Positions 14,201 through 30,656 of a stretch of DNA of 64,000 nucleotides are shown piece by piece; the stretch's first letter is position 1, and every line of letters starts with the position of its first letter. The stretch is from the human T2T-CHM13v2.0 reference genome, Homo sapiens. A program made the position numbers and the translations under genes. Location of the stretch: NCBI RefSeq assembly GCF_009914755.1, contig NC_060947.1. The stretch is one strand, 5' to 3'. The notes beneath the pieces were generated by a model. That model was not told where the DNA came from, did no database searches, and saw only the letters and a program-made list of their open reading frames with translations.

Positions 14201-15310
14201 TTTTCTTTTAACAGTCAAGCTCCTCTTCTGTAGGGCTGTTGCGATTGCTGGGGGTCCACTCCAGACCCTATTCACCTGGGACACTCCCACACCTGGAGGT
14301 GTCACCAGTGGAGGCTGCAGAACAGCAAAGATGGCTGCCTGCTCCTTCCTCTGGGAGCTTTGTCCCAGAGGGGCACTGAACTTATGCCAGCTAGAATGCT
14401 CCTATATAAGGTGTCTGGTGACCCCTGTTGGAGCATCTCATACAGTCAAAGGGCATGGGATCAGGGACTCACTCAACAAAGTACCCTGGATGCCCCTTGG
14501 CCGAGTAGGTGTTCTACACTGGGGAGGATCCCCCTCATCCGGACTGCCTGGACTTCCCAGAGCCAGCAGGCAGGAAAAACTAAGTCTGCTGATCCATGGA
14601 GACTGTGGCTGCCCATCTCATCAGGGGCTCTGTCTCAGGGATATCAGAGTTCTATCTGTAAACTGGCTGGAGGTGCTGAAATTTCGACAATGAGGCCCGA
14701 CTCAGTGAAGAGGGATGGATCCTAGTCCCATCTAAAGAAGTAGTCAGGCCATGATCTGCCACAGCCACTGTGCGGTGCTGTGGAGAATTTCTTCCGGTCC
14801 AAGCAGCCCAGTCTCCCTCTCACAGGCCGGGAAAAAAAAGCCTACTGAAGCTGCAGTGATGGCAGTTGGCCCTCCCCCTGGGATCTCAGTCATTTAGGCA
14901 CTCTCCAACCTGCTGCCACTGGCCACAACCCAAGTGGCTGCCGAGAGTCTGCACAGCTCTGTGCTTGGGACCCAAGGCCCTGGTAGCCTGGGCTCATGAA
15001 GGGATCTCCTGATCAGCGGGTTGCATAGATCCATGGAAAAAGTATGATTTCCCGAGTTCGGTAACACAATCACTCACTGCCTCTCTTGGGTGGAGGTGGG
15101 AGCTCCCCTTGCCCCGTGTGGCTCCTGGGTGGGCCATTGCTCAACCCTGCTTTTCCTCACTCTCTGTGGGTCATGCCAACAACCTAGTCAGTCCCAGTGA
15201 GAGAACCTGGATACTTCAGTTGAAGGTGCAGGATTCACTCACTGAGTTCATTTTTCTTGGTGAGAGCTGCTGACCACCGTTTCTTCTAATCAGCAATCTT
15301 GACTTCTCCT
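11271..15310 (-). mobile_element. L1PA8-13-like element, 5'UTR + ORF1 + 5' half of ORF2, 3' half missing
   Basis: Minus-strand ORFs translate to L1 ORF2 ([37 protein letters not shown]) and ORF1 (IIQKNFPNLARQANIQIQEI); 5' end caagattgctgattagaag near 15300. Confidence 0.93.
12384..12608 (+). mobile_element. 5'-truncated L1PA (about L1PA7) 3' end nested in the older L1
   Basis: aacaatgagaacacatggacacagggagggg...gcattaggagaaatacctaatg...A-tail; TSD-like aagtctcccacta / agatctctcacta, host L1 resumes in register. Confidence 0.92.
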
Positions 15311-15516
15311 CCATAGTAGGATTTTTTAACATGTTTCATTTTGCAATTGATAGAATAAATAGAGAAAAAAATCTGTAAGAAATAGTGGGTCTAAACAATA
15401 CCGTCAACCACATTGACCTACTTGGATACTTATACATAGACAAACACTATATCCCAAAACTATAGAATATGCACCTTTTTTTAAGTGCACATGGTACATT
15501 AACCAAGGTAGACCAT

Positions 15517-18114
<2,598 letters not shown>

Positions 18115-19015
18115 ACTATTTTCTAGGTTATTAAAAAACTTATTGAATTCAAATGAATTGAAAGCACACAGAATATGTTTATTTATGTTAATGGAATTAA
18201 AATATAAATAATAAGCTATCTTGGAAAAATCACAATATTTGGAAATTAAACAATATACTTTGATGAGACAATGATGAAATAAATAAAAAAGTAAGAAAAT
18301 ATTTTAAATGGAATTGTAATAAAAATAAAATATATCAAAATTTATGGGATGCAACTAACTAAAACAGTGTCCAGAGTAAATATTAAAACTTTAAATAATT
18401 ATATTAGTGATGAGGGGAAATCTAAAATTAGTGTTGTAAGATTTTACATTAAGAAGCTGGAAAAATAAGTGCAAAATAAACCCAAAGCAAGGATAAAGAA
18501 ATTATGAATTTCTCAACAATATAGAAAACAAATATTTAAGAAAATTAACAAGCCAAATGTTCATCTTTTGAAATATTTAATAAAATTTGATATACCCTCA
18601 GCTAGACTGATCAAAAAATATATGAAAGCAAAAATCACCATTATCAGTAATAAAAGAGAGTATCTTCTCAGATCCTACAGATGGTGAAAAGATCATCAGA
18701 AAATAATTATGAACAACTTTTTCCCAAAGAAATTAAACAATTTAGAAGAGATAGACACATTTATTGAAAGGCAGGAGCTACCAAATCTCTCTCAAAAGGA
18801 AGATACATAATCGAAATAGTTCTGTGTTTATTAAAGGGATTAACTTTGTTGTTAAAAATATTCCCCTAAAGAAAACTCCAGTTCTAGATGGCTTCTCAGG
18901 TGAAGTTTGGCAAATATTTATGAAAGAAAGGATAACAATTCTACATAAGTTGTTTTCAAAAAATACAAGTGGAAAGTAATCATGACAACTCATTTTTAAG
19001 GCCAGCATTATTCTC

Positions 19016-19558
<543 letters not shown>

Positions 19559-19595
19559 ATTGCCCTTTCCAAATTCAAAAGCCAAATGTAAATAG

Positions 19596-19904
<309 letters not shown>

Positions 19905-22592
19905 AAATAGTGCTTTCTGAAGAATACTTTGAATCACTAAACCCAAAGCATGAGAACATTTTGCATCAAATGTGATATCAAAGTTGAGTGCATTATTTCA
20001 ATAATACCCATAATATCATAAAATATAAAATGATGAATTAAAAGTTTGGCTTTTCTGTACATTCTATTTTAACTTTGGATAGCTTTGGGTGTTTAAAAAT
20101 ACTTTACAGTTACATGATAAAGAATAGTATGTAACATAATATTCAATAATATTATTCATGGGTTATTTTTAGTTGCTAAGGTAATTCAGAGGCTTTTAAA
20201 AAATAACAGGACTTAATTGCAATATTCATCAAATACTACTTCTAAAGAAGAAAAATAGACTTTCTACTGCCTATTGCTGACTGAACCACTGTAAGGTGGT
20301 CATTACACTCATTTTACTGATGTGGCAATAAACTGATAATACAAAAAAATGCTACACTTACTGGTTAATTAGAAATCCTACAGCAAATTAAAGTCACTTG
20401 TCATTGTTTAATGGTTGTTGATATCATGAGCTCTGTATTGCTGTACAGGCAGCATTTTAAAAAACAAAGAATATTTTTGTGCCACTGAGGACAGTTTGTT
20501 TCATTGACCGAGAATTGTGTTTTTTTCAACATTTTATTCTAATTGCAATCCTAAACTAGTAATAACAATTTGTTTAAACCTGATCTTTGTTAAACTAGGT
20601 AACCTATTTAATTTAGACTTCAAATTATATAAGAGTAAGACTATGGAAACTTGAATAATTTAACCTAAAATACAATTATGGAACTATGGATTGATTAATG
20701 GTCTGGTGTAGAATAAACATACTTTATTAACATAAAGTATAGCTGTATTTATACCTATAAAGTAGCAACATTTAATGATACTTTCTTAGAAAGTCCCCAC
20801 ACTCACCAAGTTCTTGTCTGCCTACCTATGTAGGTTCCAAATTACTAACTTGGTGATGATCGCTTAATTAAATTGGTGTCCAGCAAATTCCAGTAGATAT
20901 TGTAGAAATATTAGGTGAAAATGGGATTACTCATCTTATGGTATTTTTTCCTAGTGTATCCTTTGGCTGCTCTGGTTAGTTCACATGAATAGATTGAAGT
21001 TATCAGTCTTCACAGATTATCCCCAACAATACAGAACTTAGTCACAGAAGTCTCTAATAAAAAGTTAAAATCTTGATTGAATATTTCAAATAACTCAGCT
21101 ATGCATTTGTACCACATTTAACTAAACACTGATGTGTCAGACCATTAGATGAGTCATATATTTCTCATTTATTGTTTTGAAACGACCAAATGATGAACTC
21201 TACACAGAAGCCTTTTTTTTTTTTTTTTTTTGCCTGAAATTAGCATGTCGGTTACAACCTGATACGGCCCTAAAACACAATATTGACAGTCTTCAGTGGG
21301 GCAATTGGGAAGCTGCTGAAAGTGCAAGAGATCAAAAAGAGAGATCAAAAGCAATTTTACAGCATCTTATTTCTTTTCATGAGAGTTCAGCTTAGAACAT
21401 TAATCAAATAGTGTGTATAAGACCTTTATCATATGAAATTTGCTATCAGAGATTAACAGATACATTAAATGGAACAGTTTGACTGGAAATATTTGTATAA
21501 TGAACATTCAATTCTGCTTCGGCATGACATTAAGAAAAACGTCTTTAAAATATATATTTGCTCTCAAATTGATAGCGATTAGAAAATAATAAGGAGCATC
21601 AGCAGAGTGCATTTAATCATGTCTGTGAACTTGATATCTGAATTTTGAAAGACTGGGATTTTCTCTATTACTTAAAACATATTCTACATCATCCAATTAA
21701 AAATGTGATTTAATAGATAGTTCTCAAAAGTAATCTAAAGGTTAAAAACATATAAGCATTTAGAAAGTAGAAAAATATTTGTCCAAATGAATTTAATATC
21801 ATAAGAGCAAATTTTCCTTCTGAGCCGAAACAGATGAATTATGCTCTGACAGTGATCTTTATTGAATTGTGCTAAAATATATTTCGATATACTGTAATTT
21901 TTTCTGACTTCTTCTCAGTAAATGCAGATGGCAACAGTTCACTTGTAAATGGTTTCGAAGAAGAGATATTGAAGTAATATTCTCTGAAATCTATTCTTTG
22001 CAGATAGCTATTTCTATTACTCTGCTGTATATTCCATCTTCTCAGTGTACTCCATTGATGTGTGTGTTGCCAGAATTTTTGTCCATCATTTAAATAATAA
22101 TCTCATTTCAAGTTTCCTTTTCATCATGATAAAATGATCAACTATATGACTGCATCACAATTTTCCTAGGGAAGAATTACTGTGATATTCACAGAGTAGT
22201 TTGCTACTGTGTGAGAGGCTAATATATTTCTCTAGGAAGAATATTCAATTCATAAAAATTAAATGTTATTAATGAGTTACAGAAGCCCTCAGAGAATGTT
22301 GTTTAAAGTATAATTAAATTGAACCTCGCTAATTCACAATGCATGTTATTTTGAACCTGCATTGAGTTAATTTGTGATGGTCCCATACTTTCTTCTTGAA
22401 AAATAGTTTTTAAGATAATTAAATGGGGTTGGTATTTAAGAAAGACTGTACAGTGTACTAAAAAATATATATTTAAAATAATATTTTAGCAACATTCATT
22501 CACATCGAAATCCTGAAAATGTTTATTACACTTCTGTCCTTTGTGCATTGTTTAAAATTGATTTACTAGTGGTTGGTGGATTTTCATATACT

Positions 22593-22625
<33 letters not shown>

Positions 22626-22675
22626 GGATGTACATATATATGTTTGTGTGTGTATATGTGTATATATATACATAT
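22593..22675. repeat. (TG)n/(TA)n microsatellite
   Basis: Read directly from the sequence. Confidence 0.9.
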
Positions 22676-23893
22676 AATTTAACAAAGAGCTTGAAATAAT
22701 TAAAAGGAATCAAGCAGAAATTTTGGAGTTGAAAAATACAATTGTCATACTAAGAAAGCATTAGTCTTTTAATAATAGAATTGATCAAATAGAAGAGAGA
22801 ATTAGTGAGCCTGAAGTCAGACTGTATGAAAATACACAGAGAAGAAAGAATAAAGAATAAATAATAAAAACCAATAAAACACGCCTACAGGATTTAGAAA
22901 ATAGCCTCAAAAGAGCACATGTAAGGGGTATTGGCCTTAAAGAAGAGGTAGAGAAAATGATGAGGGTAGAAAGTTTATTCAAGGGGATACTATTGAATAA
23001 CAGAGAACTTCCCAAACTTAGAGAAATATATCAATATCCAAGTATAAGAAGGCTGTCGAACACCAAGCAGATTTAACACAAAGAAGACGACCTCAAGGCA
23101 TTTAATAATGAAATTTCCAGTGGTCAAGGACTAAAAAAAGATCCTAAAAGCACCACAGGGAAAAAGAAAATACAACGGAGCTCAAATACATCTAGAAGCA
23201 GACTTTTCAGTGAAAACCCTACAGGCCAGGATAGACTGGTAAGACAAATTTGAAGTGCTAACAGGAAACAAAACAAAACAACCAACAACAACAACAAAGA
23301 AAACCCTTCTACCCTAGAATAGTATGTCTGGTTAAAAATATTCTTCAAACATGAAGGAGAAATAAAGACTTTTGTAAACAAACAGAAGCTGACATATTTC
23401 ATTAACACCAGACCTCTCCTACAAAAAATGCTAGAGGGTGTACTTGAATCAGAAAGAAAATATTAATAAGAAATCATTTGAAGGTACAAAACTGACTAGG
23501 AATAGTAAATGCACAGAAAACCGGCATATTATAACATTGTAACTGTGGTGTGTAATCTACTTTTAAGTAGAAAGACAAAATGATAAACCTATCAAAAATA
23601 ATAATTTAGCAACTTTTCAAGACATAAACAGTACAATAACATATAAATATTAACAACAAAAATTTGAAAAGCAGGGGACAAAGTTAAAGCATATAATCTT
23701 TATTAGTTTACTTTTTGCTTGTTTGTTTATGCAAGTACTGTTAAGTTTTTACCACCTTAAAAAATGAGGTATAAGATAGTATTCGCAAGCCTCATGGTAA
23801 TCTCAAACCGAAAAACATACAATGGATACACAAAAAATAGAAAGCAAAAAGCTAAATCATATCATCAGGGAAAATCACCTTCATTAAAATGAA
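22676..23893 (+). mobile_element. L1MA/L1M1-type ORF1 and inter-ORF region
   Basis: aatcaagcagaaattttggagttgaaaaat...gagaacttcccaaacttagaga...gcagacttttcagtgaaaacc...gaaggagaaataaagactt are ORF1 hallmarks. Confidence 0.88.
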
Positions 23894-24584
23894 TGAAGCT
23901 GCCTTTCTAAAAATTGTATCAGTGAGACAATTACAAAAGTGAACAAGATCTGAGCTAATCTACCCCCCCATCTTACCTTTCCCTTAATTATTCCTGGGCT
24001 ATTAGTACAAGGTAACTTTGAGAGACATTTAGTCTGTTGTTTAAATGATAATAGGTCTTACCCAAAACTCAACGAGGCTTTTGTAAAGCTAATGGGAGGC
24101 CATCAGTCTAGGCTGAGGAGAGGAGCCGAGTCCTGCTGAGGCGCAGACATGAAAGATTTTCAGCCATTAATCTGAAGATTATAAGATCTGCAGCTTCCTC
24201 AATTATTCCTACGATAACACCACTATTGTAGATTGGCCTTTTAAGATATATTTTTCTTTTTTTTTTTGCATATCTGACACCCATGGCTCCACCTGGACCA
24301 ACCAACCCCACCCAATTTATCCTGCAAGAGGACAGCTATGACCCTCTATGATTTCGTTTCCACCCCAAGCAATCAGCAATGAGCACTCATTACCTGGCCA
24401 CCCCCACCCCTTTCCCCAAACTGCCTTTGAAAAACACCTAACTGACGAGCTTTGGATGAGATGATTTGAGTATAAACTCTGACTCCCACATGGGGTGGCT
24501 GGCATCATGTCTATTAAACTCTTTCCTGCAATGGCATGGTCTTTCTTTATGCAGCAGGCAGGAAGAAACTCTTGGGAAGTTATA
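23894..24584 (+). mobile_element. ERV1 5' LTR, LTR8/LTR8A/LTR8B family
   Basis: Begins tgaagctgcctttctaaaaattgtatcagtgaga, ends gcagcaggcaggaagaaactcttgggaagttata; ATTAAA at 24513; start repeated at 30613. Confidence 0.82.
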
Positions 24585-24588
24585 AATT

Positions 24589-24606
24589 TGGGGGCTCATC
24601 TGGGAT
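24589..24606 (+). promoter_or_regulatory. retroviral primer-binding site, tRNA-Pro
   Basis: tgggggctcatctgggat vs PBS-Pro TGGGGGCTCGTCCGGGAT, two CpG-type transitions, 4 nt after the LTR. Confidence 0.88.
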
Positions 24607-26683
24607 CCCCTGACCACAGTTTGTTAGTCCCCCCACCAGAATGAGGAACACAGAGGTGATCTCTGGCAGCTGCTTATTTAACTGAAGGCTATCTCTGGTG
24701 CTGTCTCTGCTGATGAGGTGCTGTTGACCCACAGGGCTTGGGCCTAATTGCAGTGGAGAAATAGTCTGGAACCTACCTGGTGAACATGCTAGGCACTACC
24801 ATCACCTCCACCCTTCCCCTGATCTATTGGCCTTACTAAGATGCACTGTAGCCCTGTCACAGGGACTGGCCCTATCACAGGGATTTTCAGATGGGGGAAC
24901 TATCTCCTCAGTTGGGTGAAGAATATGGGACTGTTTGAAGGAATGCTCCTCTGGTCTGGAATCGGTTTGGAAGGCCTTCTGTTCATCTTTGTTGTGTGTG
25001 TTTGTATTTGTGGATGGTATCTCTGAAGAAATTGCTGATGAAAGTCCAGCAGGCTTAACTCAGAGAAGCCTCCTTATTTGTCTGGTCACATTTGGTAAGC
25101 CCTGAAGCAATTGTTAGTGGAAGGTCAACAGGCCTGACTAGGGGTGATTATCCCCTCTTCAAATTGCCCTACACTACCCATTGAATTCTCAGTCAGAGGT
25201 CCCTCCTCACTTTGAATGGATCAAAGAAAACAGGGAGCAAAGGAAATTGGTCAATATTGGGTGTTCAGCAAGGTGACTAATGTCTGTTTTGTTATGTGTA
25301 TTTTGTGACAGCTGGGATGGAAAATGTTAATTTGGTTCCCCCAATGAGGTTTCCCCATGCAGCCCATCGGGTGGCATCTTGCAAAATTAAGAGGCTTTTG
25401 CCTAAGGCTCCATGAAATGGAAAAAGGTGATTTTCCTTTGTGACTATAGTGCAGTGAGCAGGGTCGCCAGGGCCCCAAGGGAAAGGGAACTTGGAAAACT
25501 GGCATGCCAGCAAAAGAAATAGAATGAATTTCTTACCAATCAGTCTTCTGGCTCCTCTCTCTCTTTGTGCAAACCAGTTGAGTGATCTGTAAAAATCACT
25601 GTTTATTAATGAGAAAAAGGATTTGTGAGGCAAGTCTGAGACTGTAGTGAATCTGGTGTACCTTGCACTATGAATTAGTCTTTCTATGCCATTCTGTCAT
25701 AAAGAGGGGTACCGCAGAATAGAATGTGTATTTAGGACCCCTATCAGCTTGCTACTCAAGCCAGCCCTGCAGGTTGGTCAGTTACAAACTATGCTACAGA
25801 TCCCTGGAGCAAAAACTAGATAAAGGTTTCTTCTTGTCTTGCTTTACGTCCTTGAGAGCATGACTTTATGACTATGTGGGGTACTCTCTTTTGGGCCTGT
25901 ATCATCTGGAGGGCTGGAATATTTGAGTTTATGTCAGGTAGCCAGTCTGAGAGGACAAGCGGTCTGAGATGAATCAGCATGTTCTTCATCCTGAATATGC
26001 CAAGCCCCTGGGTGAGCTTTGTCTTAAAAGGCCTCATCTTTGTTGGGATTTTATCATCTTTTGCTATCTTAAGCCCATTTCTGAGAGTAAATTCTTGGGA
26101 ATCATGGGGATCATGGGGATTATGGAGATGTCTCCTCTACTCTCTTTCTGGAAACACCTTTTGCTGATATGGTAAAAGCCTGGAAATTTGAGATCTAGAC
26201 TTTACCAGACTTTTTGAATTGAGTCGCTATTGGAACTGAGGATACCATTAAAAGAAAAAGGTTAAATTAAAAGAAGGATCCATAATAATAACATGGTTCC
26301 TGAGCAGTTAAAATCCTTTGCAAGCTTGAAAATGTTCAAGACTCCCTCAGGGAAGAATAACAGCAGTCACCTTTGCTCTGGGTCAGTTGCTAACTCTTTA
26401 CCCTCTCCAATTGGTGGCCTGGGTTCAGTTTTGGCTTTGGAGTGAGTCCTTTGAGGTTTAATACTTGTAGAAATTTTGCCATTTATTGATATTTTTTCCC
26501 TCCATGGAGAGCTTCTGGTCTTGAATTTTCTTTTATCTGAACTACCTTTGGGGAGATTCTAGATCTTGTAAAAATCACTTACCATTTCTTTGGAGACGCC
26601 TCGTGTGCCTGTTGCTAAGCTGTCCCCTTAGTAATGGCTTACTGATTTCACATAGGAGGTTCCCTTTAGTAAAAAAGATTCAA

Positions 26684-26987
<304 letters not shown>

Positions 26988-29900
26988 TCAAATGCCAGAA
27001 ATATTGGCTATTTATCCTGGCTAAAATAAAATATTTTAAAAGGATTTTTCGTTGGAGAGCTCCATAGATAATGGAGCTATATGCATGCAGATGTTGTTTT
27101 AAAGTCCCTGCCCTGCCTCTAAACACTTCTCAGTTGATGGAACTCTGTCTTGATTCTCTGTTTCTGTCTGTGTGTGTATCTACATGTATGTATGTAGTGT
27201 TTATTTAAAAGAGCTCTAATGAATTGGCTTAATGAATAATAAGCGCTTAGATCAAATTTCAGAAAGAAACTTTAACATGTTTTAGGTCATGTGACTGATA
27301 ATCTTTGAAAAATAAAGACAGTTAAAAGATTACTGGTAAACTAAAATAAAAATGTTTTTAAAGTTTATACATTTGGTGTAAATTAGGCAGGTCAGATATG
27401 GTTTGCTAGATGCTTTAAGGTAATAAACGGCTTCTATGACTTTTAATAATTGTTGATTTGTCTGTTTTACAGTCATTAGATTCTAAATAAGGTCTGGAGA
27501 CATATAGAGTTAGCCAGATTCCCTGGCTAGGCTGGGAAGAGTCAGACATTGTCTGCAGCTTTGTCTTTGTCATGGGCTCTGCAATGTTATACGTGGTTAA
27601 AATTGCTTGCTTACCAGGTTTTTTACCAAAACTAAAAGTTGCTAAGGGTTAACAGCATAGCATGTACTTGAGACTACTGGAAAAACAATTTTACATGCAT
27701 GTTGTGAAAGGAAAGTAGAATTTGTTTTTGGTAAGAGGTTATAAGAAGGCATGGGAATTTTTGTTGTTGTTGTTAAAGGGCATGTAATTTTGTCTAGCTC
27801 AGAAGTTTAAAAAAAAACTTTCTTAAAAGAGTAATGGGACAAAACAAAGTTGAAGCAAGTTGCAAAGGGTTTGTGAAGGATTGATCTTGTAAATGAAGTT
27901 CTGTGGGTGTTAACAAATGGCTAAAATTTGAAGGAGATCATCTAGTTTTTCTGTAGGTTAAACATTAAAATAAAGTACACTAATGCTGGGCAAGAATCTG
28001 TGCCCATGTGTCTGAATAACATGTTTTTCTTAGAGAATGGACCTGCTGTTTAAGAGAAAATTGTAAAGAGTTATAAGAGGTTTCTGAAAATTTTACCTCA
28101 TGGTCAAACTGATTAAGATGGTATAGATTTGTTTGTAAGATTTTATTAATAATTGGGTTTAACATCTATAAGACATGAATGCAAAGGTGAGATTTTGTGC
28201 TCTCTTTTAAACAATATTTTAGTGTATTATGAAAATATTATAAAAGATTTTTGTATGCCTTTTGAATAAACGACAGAAATTAGAGGGGGGAGAGAGAAGA
28301 CATCCAGTTGTTTTCAAGCTGTCTTTATTGAGTCCTGTTTGGAAAGCTGAATCTCCCCTCTATCAGCAAGTAAAGAATTTTGCTTTTAAAATTTTCTTTA
28401 GTTATCCTTTTGGGCTAAATAAATGACTTACAGTTACTTGGGATTTGTTTTGTAATATCAAGTGTTTAAACATTTGATATTTGACAAACTTTCCATGGTC
28501 AAATTCTAAATTAAGCCCTTTTTTGATCTAATCAGCCTTTAGGAGCAGATATTAAATACTCTAAAGTCCAAAAGAGATATATTTGGCTTATTTGGTATAT
28601 CAAAATCATACAGGAAGCATTGTCAAGTAGAAAATTGTGTTTGGCTTTCTTTTTTGGGCTGTATTTGCATAAATGTGTTATTGGTGTGTGTTCCAGAATT
28701 GTGTGAGATTCTTGTAATTCTGATATGTCTCAGTATATGTTTTTAGTAATAATTATGATTGTTATGTTATTATGTGCCACAGAGATGACCAGACTTTAAT
28801 CATGGCTGTTTTGAGACTTTTTTCAGCCACAGTTGTTTTATTTTGATTTTTTTCAAGTTGGTTTTATAATCAGCTATAGGACTCTGACAGGTGCACTTGA
28901 ATGCAGGTTTGTGATAACTTTGGAGATTGTGACATTAAAATAGAAGAAAGAACTTCCAAGACTCCCATAGGGAGCTAATGTGTATGAATATCAAGCAGAA
29001 CAGGAATTAATTACATAGACTGAATTAATGAAAAACCAAAATAATCTTCCTACGAATTTGTTTAAAACATTGCTATTTTTTTTGTTTGTTTGTTTTGGAG
29101 TCCAGCAAACCTTTTTTTTTTCTTTTGAGATATCTACAGCTTTAAATAATTTGGCAAAGTACCCTCCTGTGAGCAAAATCTGAAGCATATTTCTCTCTCC
29201 CTGATTTCTCCAGAACTTGAAAACTATTTCCAAGTGTACTTAATTTATGACAGGTATAATTATTTGCATAAGTTCGATAAGAATCTTTTTTCTTTTGTAA
29301 CAGGAAAAAATTGGAGACACTGGTTATTTTACCATGGCATTGAATGAAATGGCATACTTTTAGATTCTTTTAAGGAGTCAAAGTTGACTTATAGAGCCAA
29401 TAAAAGTCCCTTGGGAAAACTGACCTCATAACTTGTCTACACAGTCCCTGTTTAGGAGTCCTGCCATGTGGTAAGTAAAGAATGTCACTTCCTGACAGGC
29501 CCAAAAAGCCCAAATTATCTTGGCACCTTGAGGTGAGAAATTCACCCAATTAATACAGTTATTTGTAAGCATAGATAAATCTGTGGCTACACTTAAAGGC
29601 TTTAAAAAAGTTTAATCTGAGATTTCCTATGGAATAAAATTCCAGCAATGCGAATTTAAAAAGGGACTGTGTGGTAAATAATTATTCTTGCTGACTTTAT
29701 GCAAATACTCAGGCCAAGTATAGTAAGACTAAAACTTATTTTACAAATAAAGTAGTCTTGCTGTGATTTGTTTTTAGTAAAAACAAGGATTGGAGAGAGA
29801 AAAATTATATTTCAGAAAAAACTATAGTACACCTCTTATTACATTCTAGTCCCCTATTTTGAGTTTTTATAATTTTCTGCAACTTGGAATGAATACTAAA

Positions 29901-30612
29901 TTCTTTCCAGACTACAAGTCTCCATACTAATGCTTTCAAAGTTTTGTTTCCTTTTTCTTTTTTGACTTGGCCTCAATAAAATTGTCACTACCTCTTTCCT
30001 GAGGCCCTGTAAGTTAAAGCTTATTGCTTGTAATACAGGAGAGAGAAAAATGTGTCAGATTGTTACTACTGTCCTCCTCTATACCTAAAGATGCTTTAAA
30101 TCTAACACCTGGATAAATTGTACCCAACATTAACCTTTGTTTTTCTTCTGTCTCTATAAAACTGCCTCTTATTAAAATTAGTTTGCCTTCATAAAATAGA
30201 GAGGTCTAGCCAATCTGAAGTGCTACCTCCTCATGTGGGAAACAGCTGTTTGACTGAGCTGATCTAGTCTCAGGACTTAGACACTGACTCAAAAGACATT
30301 CAACTATACCAAAGATGGTATATTTAATTTGCTCTTTCCTGTTTATCCCCATCTGTCTTTCTAACAACCTATGGTTTGTTGTTCACTTAAGTGCTGTATT
30401 AGAACTGTGGGTGAGAATATTAATGTTTTTGTCATACACCAGTGAGTACGCGCAGATGGCTGCAAAGCAGCGGTTTTACTCATATTCTCCTGGGACCAAC
30501 CTCCCCCAATTGTACCACCTGTCAGCAGGAAGAAGCCAGAGTAGTCATTGCTGTTTTTCCATCTCTGTGACCAACATCTTAAGAATAAGGTGAATAAAAG
30601 CCAAAGGGGGAT

Positions 30613-30656
30613 TGAAACAACCTTTGCAAAAAATATATCAGTGAGAAAATTTTGAC
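30613..30656 (+). mobile_element. stub of the ERV 3' LTR (about 45 bp)
   Basis: tgaaacaacctttgcaaaaaatatatcagtgagaaaatt matches the 5' LTR start and directly follows the PPT. Confidence 0.85.

Noticed and set aside
14145-14725. 182-aa and 121-aa ORFs antisense to the L1 5'UTR (ORF0-like position)
   Set aside because: GC-richer UTR sequence gives chance ORFs; non-ATG starts and no recognisable homology
21189-21237. Possible C/D box snoRNA (atgatga ... ctga)
   Set aside because: Too short, interior is a poly-T run, no terminal stem
26096-26130. 9-bp tandem repeat (atcatgggg) in the ERV internal region
   Set aside because: Short slippage duplication with no evident function
30315-30593. Hydrophobic 92-aa ORF before the PPT, possible env TM remnant
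   Set aside because: No ISD or CX6CC motif recognisable; T-rich sequence gives hydrophobic translations
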